Sequence record: DRR723986_6741
Strand: one strand, 5' to 3'
DNA: 51,902 nucleotides
Shown here: one piece after another, positions 9,628-19,814 of the stretch
How the letters are laid out: each line of letters starts with the position of its first letter
Numbering within the stretch: the stretch's first letter is position 1
Notes under the pieces: generated by a model
Told to the model about the DNA's origin: nothing
What the model saw: only the letters and a program-made list of their open reading frames with translations
Databases searched by the model: none
Position numbers and translations under genes: made by a program

Positions 9628-12066
9628 ATGAAAACTACCAACTTACTTTTTCTTTCGCTTTTCACCTATCTACTAGGGATTAGCAACCTTGCTGCTGCAG
9701 ACAAAGATGTCAGCGTAATTACCGGAAAAGTTACTGATCAAAACGAACTGTCCGTTCCCTATGCTAATGTGGCATTGATCGACGCTACTAGTGGTAATCT
9801 TGTAGATGGTGCGGTATCCGATGAAAATGGGCAATTTCTAATTGAATCTACAAAGACTGCTAAGGTGAAATTGGTGGTTTCTTCTATTGGCTTTACTGCT
9901 TTTGAATCAGAAGTGTTTCAACTTGAACCTGGATTGAAGAAGAACTTTGGGCCAGTCACTATCCAGGATGAAATGACAGGTCTGGATGAGGTAACTGTAA
10001 GATCCACCCGTCCGGAAATCATCATTGAGCCTGATAAGACCACTATTAATGTGGAGGGAACCGTAATGGCTGAGGGATCAAATGCGCTGGATGTGATCGG
10101 AAGATCTCCTGGAATCTACGTGGATCAGGATGGGATCATCAATCTGAATGGACGTACAGGTGCTACAGTGATGATCAATGATCGGTTGACCTATATGAGT
10201 GCCACAGACTTGGCGAATTTTCTTCGATCTATGCCTGCTGAAAATATTAAAAGCATAGAAGTGATCAATAATCCTTCGGCGCGATTTGATGCGGAGGGAT
10301 CTGCTGGTGTGATCAACATCAAATTGAAAAAGAATACAGTGGATGGAATGTTTGGAAATATACAGGCAGGAGCTTTATATAACGGGCAGTGGCTACCTAA
10401 TACCGGTGTAGCACTGAATGTGAAAAAAGGCAAGTGGAGTACAAATGCTAACTTGAATTACAACCACTACGGCAATTTCAATGATCTTGAGATTTACAGA
10501 AATTTCACCTTGCCAGAAGGCATTTCTAATTTCAGTCAAGAGTCCAGAATTGTGACCAGAAACAAAAATCTCTTTTTTACCGGAGCGGCGAATTATGAGA
10601 TTAATGAGAATCAGAATATTGCCATAAATGTACAGGCTTCGGATTCCCATGATAGAAATGACAATAACTCACTGACAGATATCATTACTCCTGGCATGGA
10701 TGAAATTAGTTATCTAGAATCGATTAATGATGCTACAGGAACAGGAAGTAGATATTTTGCTAATCTTCATTACGATGCAAAACTTGACACCTTGGGCACT
10801 AAAATTAGTTCCGATGTGGACTTTACCCGTATGAATTCTGATAGTAAATCTTTGCTTACCAATCAACAATGGGTTGGCGCAAATATGACAGATGCGATGA
10901 ATAGTAATATACTGACTCTGAATGAGATGTATTACAATATCTTAACAGCGAAGGTGGATTTTGTAAAACCAGTAGGAAAAGGAAATACAATCGAGACGGG
11001 AGTAAAAGGTAGCTGGGTAAAGTCTGATAATAACCTGGATCTAAGTAAAGCATTGGAGGATGGTCCTTTTATTCCTGACCCAAGCAGCAATAGGTTTATC
11101 TACAATGAAAATGTCCTAGCTGCATATGTTTCCTACAAAGGGAAATTCTCAGAAAAACTTTCCTATCAGGCAGGTCTAAGAGGTGAGCATTCGAATATCA
11201 CCGGTAACTCAGTGACACTGGACCAAGTAAATAAACAGAAGTATTTCAACTTATTTCCAAGTGCTTTCTTGCAGCATAAAATCAGCGACAACTACCAGAT
11301 CATCTACAATGTCAATCGCAGAATCACCAGGCCTAATTATCGATTATTGAATCCTTTTGTATACTATATCGATCCTTTGACAAGTGAAACGGGTAACCCG
11401 AATCTCAAGCCCCAGTACTCCAATAATATTGAGATGAATCATGTGGTGAAGGGTATGTACCAATTCACACTTGGGTACAGCGAAACGGAAGATGCGTTTA
11501 TGCAGGTGTTTGTACAGAATGATGAAGACCGGACTACGACTACCTATACTGACAACTTTGATAAAACAAGAAACGCAAACTTCAGAGCGATTATCCCTGT
11601 AGATATCAAAGAATGGTGGTCTACTTCGAATATGGTGCAGGTGAATTACAATCGCTTTCGGTCACAGATTGGTGATGATTACCTAGACAATTCACAGACA
11701 TCATTCATGGTCCGTTCGCAGCACAATTTCGTTTTGCCACTAGGCTTTAAAGTGGAAGTGATGGGAATGTATTTGGGGCCGCAGATTTGGGGACAGGGAG
11801 AGATAGCCGGATTTGGATGGGTAGATGCAGGCGTTACCAAGTCTATCATGAAGGATAAAATAACCCTTTCGGTAAATGGAACTGACCTTTTTCGCACACA
11901 AGTAATAAAAGCAAATGTTGACTTCGCTGATATCGACACGCGTTTCCGTCAGTATCGAAGCAACCAGGGAGTTCGATTTACATTGAAATATAACTTCTCA
12001 AAAGGGGAAAGCTTCCGTGTGAAAAGTAACTCAGGAAGCTCCGAAGAGCGAAATAGATTAGACTAA
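9628..12066 (+). CDS. TonB-dependent receptor / outer-membrane beta-barrel with N-terminal CarboxypepD_reg-like domain
   Basis: Signal peptide; ITGKVTD..VPYANV; LDEVTV; plug motif IKSIEVINNPSARFDAEG.AGVINI; GNPNLKP. Confidence 0.9.
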   Translation: MKTTNLLFLSLFTYLLGISNLAAADKDVSVITGKVTDQNELSVPYANVALIDATSGNLVDGAVSDENGQFLIESTKTAKVKLVVSSIGFTAFESEVFQLEPGLKKNFGPVTIQDEMTGLDEVTVRSTRPEIIIEPDKTTINVEGTVMAEGSNALDVIGRSPGIYVDQDGIINLNGRTGATVMINDRLTYMSATDLANFLRSMPAENIKSIEVINNPSARFDAEGSAGVINIKLKKNTVDGMFGNIQAGALYNGQWLPNTGVALNVKKGKWSTNANLNYNHYGNFNDLEIYRNFTLPEGISNFSQESRIVTRNKNLFFTGAANYEINENQNIAINVQASDSHDRNDNNSLTDIITPGMDEISYLESINDATGTGSRYFANLHYDAKLDTLGTKISSDVDFTRMNSDSKSLLTNQQWVGANMTDAMNSNILTLNEMYYNILTAKVDFVKPVGKGNTIETGVKGSWVKSDNNLDLSKALEDGPFIPDPSSNRFIYNENVLAAYVSYKGKFSEKLSYQAGLRGEHSNITGNSVTLDQVNKQKYFNLFPSAFLQHKISDNYQIIYNVNRRITRPNYRLLNPFVYYIDPLTSETGNPNLKPQYSNNIEMNHVVKGMYQFTLGYSETEDAFMQVFVQNDEDRTTTTYTDNFDKTRNANFRAIIPVDIKEWWSTSNMVQVNYNRFRSQIGDDYLDNSQTSFMVRSQHNFVLPLGFKVEVMGMYLGPQIWGQGEIAGFGWVDAGVTKSIMKDKITLSVNGTDLFRTQVIKANVDFADIDTRFRQYRSNQGVRFTLKYNFSKGESFRVKSNSGSSEERNRLD

Positions 12067-12079
12067 GGTTATCTGAAAT

Positions 12080-12110
12080 AGAAAAGCCGGACCATTGGTC
12101 CGGCTTTTCT
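12080..12110. terminator. Bidirectional intrinsic terminator
   Basis: Perfect inverted repeat AGAAAAGCCGGACCA-T-TGGTCCGGCTTTTCT between convergent genes. Confidence 0.9.
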
Positions 12111-13273
12111 TAGTTTATCTCTACTTTATAGAGAGTAAAAAAATCTTCTTCGACATCTGTGTTTGGCTTACCCATAAACCATAGTGCACCTTCACGACTA
12201 ACGAACAAATCGCTTAGGTTTTCGGGTACTTCAGCATCAGTGAGCATGGTGCCATCAAGATCAAGGATCTGATAGCGCATTTTGTAGGTGTCCTTCATAC
12301 GGCTATAAAAGTCTTCCCATTCAGATTGAGACATGTTTTCGCGAGAGCGGGTAGCATCTTCTTCGCTATACCCGGTTTCATATATGATAAACAGCTTGTC
12401 TCCCACCTTCACTAATTTTTGAATGATACCAAATGATGGATCATAACTTATTGCTCTTGGATCTGCTTTCTTAGGATCCTCTCCTGCGTTTAGTTTGTAA
12501 TCCGTGAGGTTAAGAGGGATTCGCCCAAGCTTACTATATGGAGAATCGAGCTCGTAAATATTCAAAAACGGGTCTGTTCCACTGATGATGTATAAGCGGT
12601 CATTTATCACTTCAAATGTTGGTGAAAGCGTCGTCGGCTCATGGGACATATTGTTTTGAAAAATACTAGCAGAATCCAGGGGTAGAAATTGCTCAAAGGA
12701 CCCTGTCTTAGGATCAGCCCAGACAAGCTGTAAAAAAGTGTCGTAAAATTCTGGCTGGGTCTTGTTGTATTCTCCACGCCCAATCGTTCCGCTTAGAAGA
12801 ATTTTATCCTTTACAAATTGAATTTCCCGCTTAGCATCTGCTCTACCACTGAAGGATTTTGCCTCATCTCTTGGGATTTTTTTACTAGTCACTAGATTTC
12901 CCGTAAGATCGTACTCGTAGATGCCAAACATCGATACAATCTGGATGTTTTGTGATGCATTGAATCTTCCGGCAGCCATTGGATAAAAACCAAACCCATC
13001 CGGTGCATCTCGGTCTTTGCTGAACTCACCTAGAATTTTTCCATCAAAATCTGTACTGACAAACTTCATATTCTGCGGATCAAAGAATAAAATTTTCTTA
13101 AACTCAGGATTGACATCCATCAGATTGAGCTTACCAATATAGTCGACGCGGATGGAGTCCTTGATCTCTAAGTCGAGATCTAATTTTTCTGAGTTGTCGG
13201 AAGTATTAGCTGTTTCGCAGGCAAAAAAGATAAACGGAACAAGAAGGATGAGAAGACCGGGAGAAAGTTTCAT
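12110..13273 (-). CDS. Lipoprotein, DUF4221-like putative beta-propeller
   Basis: Lipobox-like FIFFAC after a hydrophobic stretch. I prefer ATG 13273 over the track start at 13294. APDGFG resembles GPDGIG in the 39755-40885 protein. Confidence 0.6.
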   Translation of the reverse strand: MKLSPGLLILLVPFIFFACETANTSDNSEKLDLDLEIKDSIRVDYIGKLNLMDVNPEFKKILFFDPQNMKFVSTDFDGKILGEFSKDRDAPDGFGFYPMAAGRFNASQNIQIVSMFGIYEYDLTGNLVTSKKIPRDEAKSFSGRADAKREIQFVKDKILLSGTIGRGEYNKTQPEFYDTFLQLVWADPKTGSFEQFLPLDSASIFQNNMSHEPTTLSPTFEVINDRLYIISGTDPFLNIYELDSPYSKLGRIPLNLTDYKLNAGEDPKKADPRAISYDPSFGIIQKLVKVGDKLFIIYETGYSEEDATRSRENMSQSEWEDFYSRMKDTYKMRYQILDLDGTMLTDAEVPENLSDLFVSREGALWFMGKPNTDVEEDFFTLYKVEIN

Positions 13274-13383
13274 ATAATTGGAGGTTAGCTCCAACTAATA
13301 TATTTGCTCATCAGCTAATTACCTAATCGATTTGTTGATTAAGGCAGGTAACTTACTATAGATTAAGGAGATTCTGTATTGAC

Positions 13384-13848
13384 TTACTGAAAATGATATA
13401 GAAATATCAACACACCTGTAAAAGCTGGCTTTTTTTGGTCTTTGATTTCTAGTTTTACTTCCACTTCAGCCTTTACCGTTCCTCGCAGGTTAGCTACATT
13501 TTTTAAAGTGGCTACCAGACGAACTTCACTATTTACCAAAACGGGATTCGCAAATCGCAGGGATTCAATTCCATAGTTGATCATCATTTTCAGATTTCTT
13601 ACATCTACGATTTGTTCCCAAAGATGCGGGACAATACTTAGTGTGAGGTAACCATGGGCGATTGTATTTCCAAATGCTCCTTCAGCTTTAGCTCTTGTAG
13701 GATCGGTGTGAATCCATTGGTGATCATGCGTGGCCTTTGCAAATATATTTATCTGTTCCTGAGTGATTTGGAAGTATTCAGACATACCTAATTTTTGTCC
13801 ATTGTACTTTTCAAACTCTTCAAAACTACCTATGATCACTGGTTGCAT
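13384..13848 (-). CDS. MaoC-family dehydratase
   Basis: FAKATHDHQWIH.D, TIAHG, NYGIESLRF..PV; ATG 13848 preferred. Confidence 0.9.
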   Translation of the reverse strand: MQPVIIGSFEEFEKYNGQKLGMSEYFQITQEQINIFAKATHDHQWIHTDPTRAKAEGAFGNTIAHGYLTLSIVPHLWEQIVDVRNLKMMINYGIESLRFANPVLVNSEVRLVATLKNVANLRGTVKAEVEVKLEIKDQKKPAFTGVLIFLYHFQ

Positions 13849-14037
13849 GGAATATTTTTTTTTGTAATAAACCAAATTAGGGAAGTTTTAGTGGGATTTA
13901 CAAACTCATGTACTTAGTACCAGAGTGATTTATCCTGTTTGCGCAACGTTCATTTTATCCTAATAATTTATTTTAATATGGGCTTAGTTTTAATGGTAAT
14001 TAAATCTATTTTGCACAAATTTAACTATGACTTTCGC

Positions 14038-15897
14038 ATGCTAATACTTGTAGCAGCCTATTTATTCTTAGGTCTTCAAGCCCCTGTTGATACAATTCCA
14101 ACCAAAGAGGATCCCACCATCTATTCTTTACTAACAGAGGATCAGCGAATAGAAATTTCAGAATCCTATGAAGTTACCTACAAAATAGAGCGCAAGTTTA
14201 CCATCTTTTCGCCTGATGGATTAGGCCATGCTTTTACCTCCGTTTTTTACAATAATTTGAATGACATTGAAAATGTTGAGATAGAAATTACCGATCCGCT
14301 GAGTGGTAAAACTATAGAGAAGGCGAAGACAAAGGACATGACTGATGCAGCTATCTATTCTACCAGCAGCATTTTTGATGATAATCGGCATAAGTATTTT
14401 GAGGTAAAAAGCAGTAAGTTCCCAATACAGGTTACTATTAATATAGAGACTAAATCTTCCACTAATTTTCATTTGAGAGATTGGATACCTGTACATCGCT
14501 ATAATCAGAAGGTGTTGAAATCCACGCTAACTGTGGTCTATCCAGAGCAAATTGGCTTAAGGTATAAAGCGGTGAATTTGCTAGGCGAGAGAACCGAAAA
14601 GGCCATTGACAATAAAATTGAAATTACCTGGGTAGAAAAAGATCTTCCAGTTCAAACTCCTGATTTGAAGAAGGAAGATGATCACAAGCTATTGTTAGCA
14701 CCTATTGGTTTTGGGATGGGGGATTATGTAGGCAAAATGGAAGATTGGTCTGGGCTTGCAGCATGGCAGTTTAAGCTAAATGAAGAGCGAAAAGCTCTTC
14801 CGGAGGATTTTCAAGCCAAGCTTTTAAGTATGGTGTCAACTGCTTCGAGTGAGTACGAGAAAATTCAGATTCTCTATGACTACCTGCAAAAAAACTACCG
14901 CTACGTCAGTATCCAATTAGGAATTGGTGGGTGGCAAACTATGCTAGCTTCAGATGTGGTGAAATATGCATATGGAGACTGTAAAGGATTGACAAATCTG
15001 ATGCAAGCAATGTTGAAGGCTGTCGGGATCAGCTCCAACTATACCTTGGTACAAGCTGGTAAGGATGCGGATGATATCGAGATAGATCTTCCCTCCAATC
15101 AATTTAACCATGTGATCCTGCAGGTGCCAATGAAAGAAGGACAGAGTCCAGTTTGGTTGGAATGTACTTCTAACTCTCTTCCCGCTGGGTTTCTAGGAGA
15201 CTTTACCAAGAATAGACACGTTTTGGTCATTGATGGAGAAGGAGGTTATTTGACTAAAACACCTTCCTATAATTCACTCGACTGGAATACTATCCACAGC
15301 AAAAATGAGGTGAAAATTGATAATAATGGAGACGCTTCCATTGGAACGAGGCTTAAAGTTGATGGCAATTTTGCGGAAGACATGCTTATGGTAAAGCAAC
15401 ATCTCGATACCAGAGAACAGCGCGATTATTTCAACCGAAATTCACCTGTTGCAGGATTAATTATTCAGCAATATGAGCTGTCTGTTGATCATAAAGATTC
15501 CCTTTTGCTGGCAGAGGTAAGCTATAATGGATTTATTCAAAAGTTTGTCCAGAATACAGCTAAACGAATGATTTTAAAACCATTTCTGGGGAAAGTAACT
15601 GATGAGATGCTGGTCAATAATTCACTTAGTCAAATTGATGAGTATGTAATTGAGCTTCCTGAGGTGATGGAAGCAGAAAATCTTCCAGGTAATTTATCGA
15701 TTGAGGAAGAAGGAATAGCGGTGACATTATCTGCGTCGCTAGATGGTAAATACCTACATGTAAAAAGAGAAATGAAACTCTCAATCGGTGAAGAAATGAC
15801 TGATGAATCTAAATCAGAACTTATTAAACGAATTAATACGCTAGGCGCTTCTAACTTCTATTTTATCAAAAACACAGCCGCAAGTAGAAATGAATAA
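14038..15897 (+). CDS. DUF3857 + transglutaminase-like domain protein, catalytic motifs intact
   Basis: RYVSIQLGIGGW, YGDCKG (Cys), FNHVI (His), WLECT; signal-like N-terminus from ATG 14038. Confidence 0.85.
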   Translation: MLILVAAYLFLGLQAPVDTIPTKEDPTIYSLLTEDQRIEISESYEVTYKIERKFTIFSPDGLGHAFTSVFYNNLNDIENVEIEITDPLSGKTIEKAKTKDMTDAAIYSTSSIFDDNRHKYFEVKSSKFPIQVTINIETKSSTNFHLRDWIPVHRYNQKVLKSTLTVVYPEQIGLRYKAVNLLGERTEKAIDNKIEITWVEKDLPVQTPDLKKEDDHKLLLAPIGFGMGDYVGKMEDWSGLAAWQFKLNEERKALPEDFQAKLLSMVSTASSEYEKIQILYDYLQKNYRYVSIQLGIGGWQTMLASDVVKYAYGDCKGLTNLMQAMLKAVGISSNYTLVQAGKDADDIEIDLPSNQFNHVILQVPMKEGQSPVWLECTSNSLPAGFLGDFTKNRHVLVIDGEGGYLTKTPSYNSLDWNTIHSKNEVKIDNNGDASIGTRLKVDGNFAEDMLMVKQHLDTREQRDYFNRNSPVAGLIIQQYELSVDHKDSLLLAEVSYNGFIQKFVQNTAKRMILKPFLGKVTDEMLVNNSLSQIDEYVIELPEVMEAENLPGNLSIEEEGIAVTLSASLDGKYLHVKREMKLSIGEEMTDESKSELIKRINTLGASNFYFIKNTAASRNE

Positions 15898-17824
15898 AAC
15901 CTTATTAACCCTTATTTTGATCCTAATTTCGAGGATTACATTTTCTCAAATAGCTAAACTGGGAGAGTTTAGCGACAGTGAGATTTCTTTGACTGAGGTA
16001 GCATTTGAGCCAGATGCATCAGCTGTGATATTAGTGTCTTATGGGAATTCTAAATTCTTACCTGGGCTACTCGAAACCACTTATTTTATCCGCATGAAAG
16101 TGCTTTCCGAAGCAGGTAAGGCAAATGCCGATATCCGTATTCGCTATTATGCCGGGGACCAAAGAATGGAGGACATTTCAGGGGTGAAGGCCCAAACAAC
16201 AAATTTTGCAAATGGTAATGCAGAAACAGTAAAGGTTTCTAAGGATGGTATTTTTGAAGTAGATCTGGATGGTGGATATAAGGAACTGAGGATTTCTTTT
16301 CCGAATGTACAGGTGGGGTCTATCATCGAGTATCAATACAAAAAAGTGGATAAAAATCTCACATTTATTGACGGGTGGACATTTCAAAATACACTTCCTA
16401 CTCTATACAGTCAATATGGAATTAAAATGAACCCTAACCTGGAATATAGGACCATGGGACAAGGTCAAAATTTCGCTAGTAGTGTAGAGAAAACCCACGA
16501 ATTTGATAATTACACTTGGACTCTAAAGGACTTACATTCCCTGAAAGAAGAGCCATTTATGAAGAATTATAGAGACTATGTGGACCGAATAGAATTTCAA
16601 TTGGCTCAATATAGAACCTCTGGAGATATGGGTATACAATGGAAGGATGTGCTCAATACTTGGGAGGTGCTGGGTGACGAAGTTATTTCTCACTATACGC
16701 AGAAGGGATTTTATAGAAATAATCCCATAACAAAAGAATTCCTTGACGTTGATTTGAAGGGTGCTACACAGCTGGAAACAGCCCAGAAGGCCTATTATTA
16801 TTTGAGAAATAACTTTAGAGTAGAAGGTGAAGACTGGATTTATCCTCAACAAAATCTCAATCAATTGCTAAAGTCCAAGGGAGGTACCCCTGGAGAACTT
16901 ATGCTCGCACTAATGGGAGTTCTCAAGTCAGAAGGAATTCCTTGTGAGCCAGTTCTTATTGGCAGTAAAGGCTATGGAAGAAGCGACTTGGTGCCGTTCC
17001 CATTTCTTAATCAGTTTGATGAAATATTGTTGTTAGCAGTACTTGATGGGAAGCCTCAATATCTTGATTTATCGCAGCCTGACGCACCTTTTGGATACGT
17101 TGACTTAGATAAACATGTGAAGGGAGGCTTGTATTTACAGGAAGATCAAAGTAAGCTCATCCCTATAGATATCCAGCATAATTCTAATTCTCAATATTTT
17201 GGTCGGGTTGAGATGAATGAGGAAGGACAACTAATAATGACCAATTCTCACCGAAATTATAGATATAGAGGTCTTAGTTTGGCTCAAGAAATAAGTGGAA
17301 TCGAAAAAAGAAAGGAGTCTTTAGAGGAGTTATTTGATAAGGAGGATGGAGTAGTTTTTGAAAATTTTGAGGTCAATAATTTGCTTGAGGAAAAAGACTT
17401 TCTCGTTATGAGTTTCGACACAAAGTTTACCGATTTTGGAGCGAATGAGATGATTTTATTTAACCCACTTAAATTTTCTTCTTTCTCTGAGAATCCTTTT
17501 ACTCAAGAGTACAGGATGTTTCCTGTCGATTTTGGTTATGCTTTTACAGAAACGTACAATACTGTCGTTAATATTCCAGAAGGATATGAATTAGATGATT
17601 ACCCTTTGGAAGCTGGATATACTATTAATGGAGAGTATGTACTTTTTATTTACTCCCCTTTTGTGGTTAATAATGGTCTGACAATTTCAGCGAAGTTCGT
17701 AGTGAATAACCCACTTATTCCTGCAAGTGAATATGAAAACCTTAAGTATTTTATGGAAAGTGTTGCTTCAAAACTTTCAGAACCTGTGATTCTGAAAAAG
17801 AAGTCATCTCCTTCACCAAACTGA
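15890..17824 (+). CDS. DUF3857 + degenerate transglutaminase-like protein
   Basis: PDASAVIL, FPNVQVGSIIEY; Cys/His positions appear as GGTPGE and FDEIL; 8-nt overlap with the upstream gene. Confidence 0.8.
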   Translation: MNKTLLTLILILISRITFSQIAKLGEFSDSEISLTEVAFEPDASAVILVSYGNSKFLPGLLETTYFIRMKVLSEAGKANADIRIRYYAGDQRMEDISGVKAQTTNFANGNAETVKVSKDGIFEVDLDGGYKELRISFPNVQVGSIIEYQYKKVDKNLTFIDGWTFQNTLPTLYSQYGIKMNPNLEYRTMGQGQNFASSVEKTHEFDNYTWTLKDLHSLKEEPFMKNYRDYVDRIEFQLAQYRTSGDMGIQWKDVLNTWEVLGDEVISHYTQKGFYRNNPITKEFLDVDLKGATQLETAQKAYYYLRNNFRVEGEDWIYPQQNLNQLLKSKGGTPGELMLALMGVLKSEGIPCEPVLIGSKGYGRSDLVPFPFLNQFDEILLLAVLDGKPQYLDLSQPDAPFGYVDLDKHVKGGLYLQEDQSKLIPIDIQHNSNSQYFGRVEMNEEGQLIMTNSHRNYRYRGLSLAQEISGIEKRKESLEELFDKEDGVVFENFEVNNLLEEKDFLVMSFDTKFTDFGANEMILFNPLKFSSFSENPFTQEYRMFPVDFGYAFTETYNTVVNIPEGYELDDYPLEAGYTINGEYVLFIYSPFVVNNGLTISAKFVVNNPLIPASEYENLKYFMESVASKLSEPVILKKKSSPSPN

Positions 17825-17876
17825 CGTGCAGTATTTGTTCTTTTATTGATAATTTTGAGAGCAAATATCCAAGGAC

Positions 17877-18671
17877 ATGACTGCATATTTACATGGATAC
17901 ATTCCTAAGGAACAACAGCGGCTGATGGACCAAGCCGGTGTGCTTGGTTCTTTAATTTACCCTAGGGTTGATTTTTCTGGCTGCAAAAAACTTCTTGAAG
18001 TAGGTTCTGGAGTAGGGGCGCAAACTGAAGTTCTGTTAAGGCTATTTCCTGACCTTGAGATTACCTGCGTAGATTACTCCCAAAGTCAAATTGATAGAGC
18101 CAGACAGAATTTAGCGTTTGCTGGGGATAGAGTTAAATTTGTCTGTCAAGACGCCCGAAAACTACAGGTTGAGGAGAACTATGATTCAGTATTCATTTGC
18201 TGGGCATTAGAGCATATTCCTGATGCAGCTCAAGTTTTGGTAGCCATCAAGCCCTATCTTCTTCCTGAGACTAAGCTCTGGTTCACAGAGGTTTTTAATT
18301 CTAGTTTCTATTTTCATCCTGCACTTCCAGGGTTGACAAAATACTATAAAAACTACAATGATCTGCAGGTATCTTTGGGTGGTAATCCAGATATTGGGGC
18401 TAATCTTGGTAATCTGTTGAGGAATGCTGGCTACAGAGAAATTGGGCTATTTCATGGAGGGTTTCACTTAGATCAGCGAAACCCTGAGGAGCTTAAAGAA
18501 ATTACTCAATATTGGAAGGAGTTAATGAAAAGTGCTGCTTCTGGAATGATCGAAGCAGAATTGGTTACAGAAGAAGATGTTTTGGCAATGGAGCATGATC
18601 TTGATTCTATTGCCTTGGATGATAATGCAGTGTTTTTCTACCATTTTATACAGGTGAGTGCTACCGTTTAA
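17877..18671 (+). CDS. Class I SAM-dependent methyltransferase
   Basis: LLEVGSGVG motif I; WALEHIPD; N-terminal YLHGY..EQQRL. Confidence 0.88.
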   Translation: MTAYLHGYIPKEQQRLMDQAGVLGSLIYPRVDFSGCKKLLEVGSGVGAQTEVLLRLFPDLEITCVDYSQSQIDRARQNLAFAGDRVKFVCQDARKLQVEENYDSVFICWALEHIPDAAQVLVAIKPYLLPETKLWFTEVFNSSFYFHPALPGLTKYYKNYNDLQVSLGGNPDIGANLGNLLRNAGYREIGLFHGGFHLDQRNPEELKEITQYWKELMKSAASGMIEAELVTEEDVLAMEHDLDSIALDDNAVFFYHFIQVSATV

Positions 18672-18680
18672 AACGAAAAT

Positions 18681-19376
18681 ATGAAAGTTCTTAAGTGGCT
18701 ATGGCGATTGGTTTGGAAAACGCTTATGTGGTTTTTCATTTTATCCGTGGGGTTGACTGTTCTCTATCGTTTCGTTCCTGTGCCACTCACACCATTAATG
18801 GTTATTAGAGTTTTTGAACAGGCATTTGATTCTGAAAAAGAGGTTCGTCTTCGGAAAGACTGGGTTCCATTTAGTGAAATATCCAAGAACGCACCCCAAG
18901 CTGTGTATGCATCGGAAGATCAAAAATTTCTTGACCATAATGGGTTTGATATTGAAGCGATGGAAAAGGCATGGGAAAACAACAAGAAAGGAAAGCGTGT
19001 AAAGGGAGCGAGTACCATTACCCAGCAGACAGTTAAAAATGTCTTTCTATGGCAATCGCGTAATTATTTAAGGAAAGGACTTGAGGCATATTTTACCGTG
19101 TTGGTAGAGCTAATTTGGCCTAAAGAGCGCATCATGGAAGTTTACCTGAATGTGATAGAGATGGGCGAGGGAATCTACGGTATTGAAGCTGCTTCTCAGG
19201 AGTTTTTCGATAAACCAGCAGCCAAACTAACCCGAAATCAGGCAGCCTTGATAGCTGCAGTTCTTCCTAATCCAAGAAGATGGTCGCCAGCCAGACCAAC
19301 CCCATATATCTTAGGGAGGCAAGTCTGGATTCTAAGGCAGATGAACAATCTTCCTCCAATTGGTATGGGAATATAA
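18681..19376 (+). CDS. mtgA: Monofunctional peptidoglycan transglycosylase
   Basis: SEDQKF..H.G, GASTITQQTVKN, RKGLE, EVYLN, AVLPNP. Confidence 0.95.
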   Translation: MKVLKWLWRLVWKTLMWFFILSVGLTVLYRFVPVPLTPLMVIRVFEQAFDSEKEVRLRKDWVPFSEISKNAPQAVYASEDQKFLDHNGFDIEAMEKAWENNKKGKRVKGASTITQQTVKNVFLWQSRNYLRKGLEAYFTVLVELIWPKERIMEVYLNVIEMGEGIYGIEAASQEFFDKPAAKLTRNQAALIAAVLPNPRRWSPARPTPYILGRQVWILRQMNNLPPIGMGI

Positions 19377-19624
19377 ACGTTGGATTTGTACTATTAAAAT
19401 AGGATTATTTGATGTAAAAGTTTGAGGGATTTCAATTTCTTGTTTTTGTACTCCTGTTTTTCTCAATTATTTAAAAGGAATTGAAGCCCTACAAAATTAT
19501 CTTTTAGCATTGATCGAAAATAGGTGTTTTCCAGGTTAAATTTTGGAGTTCAAACTTGTATCTATTTAATCATGCGATCCTTGTTTTTGGGCTCTATTTG
19601 AGGTTTAAAAAAAGCAAGTATTTT

Positions 19625-19789
19625 TTATCCACATTTTCGATAATTTATCCACACTTGTAAATATTCTATAGCTAACCGCCTGTAAAACAGCTAAATATAT
19701 AGAGTTTTTTAAAGGTAATTTTGTGGATAAAGCAGCCTAACTTGAAAAAATCAGTTAAAACACAGAGGTAAAAAAGTGGATAATCCACT
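19625..19789. promoter_or_regulatory. DnaA-box cluster (candidate oriC or DnaA titration site)
   Basis: TTATCCACA at 19625-19633 and 19645-19653; TGTGGATAA at 19722-19730; 1-mismatch AGTGGATAA at 19775-19783; AT-rich 438-bp gap between convergent genes. Confidence 0.7.
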
Positions 19790-19814
19790 CTTCCAAATAT
19801 TATTCTTAATTACG

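Noticed and set aside
19377-19814. dif/terminus, suggested by converging gene orientation
   Set aside because: I found no XerC/XerD dif-like 28-mer; DnaA boxes are present instead.
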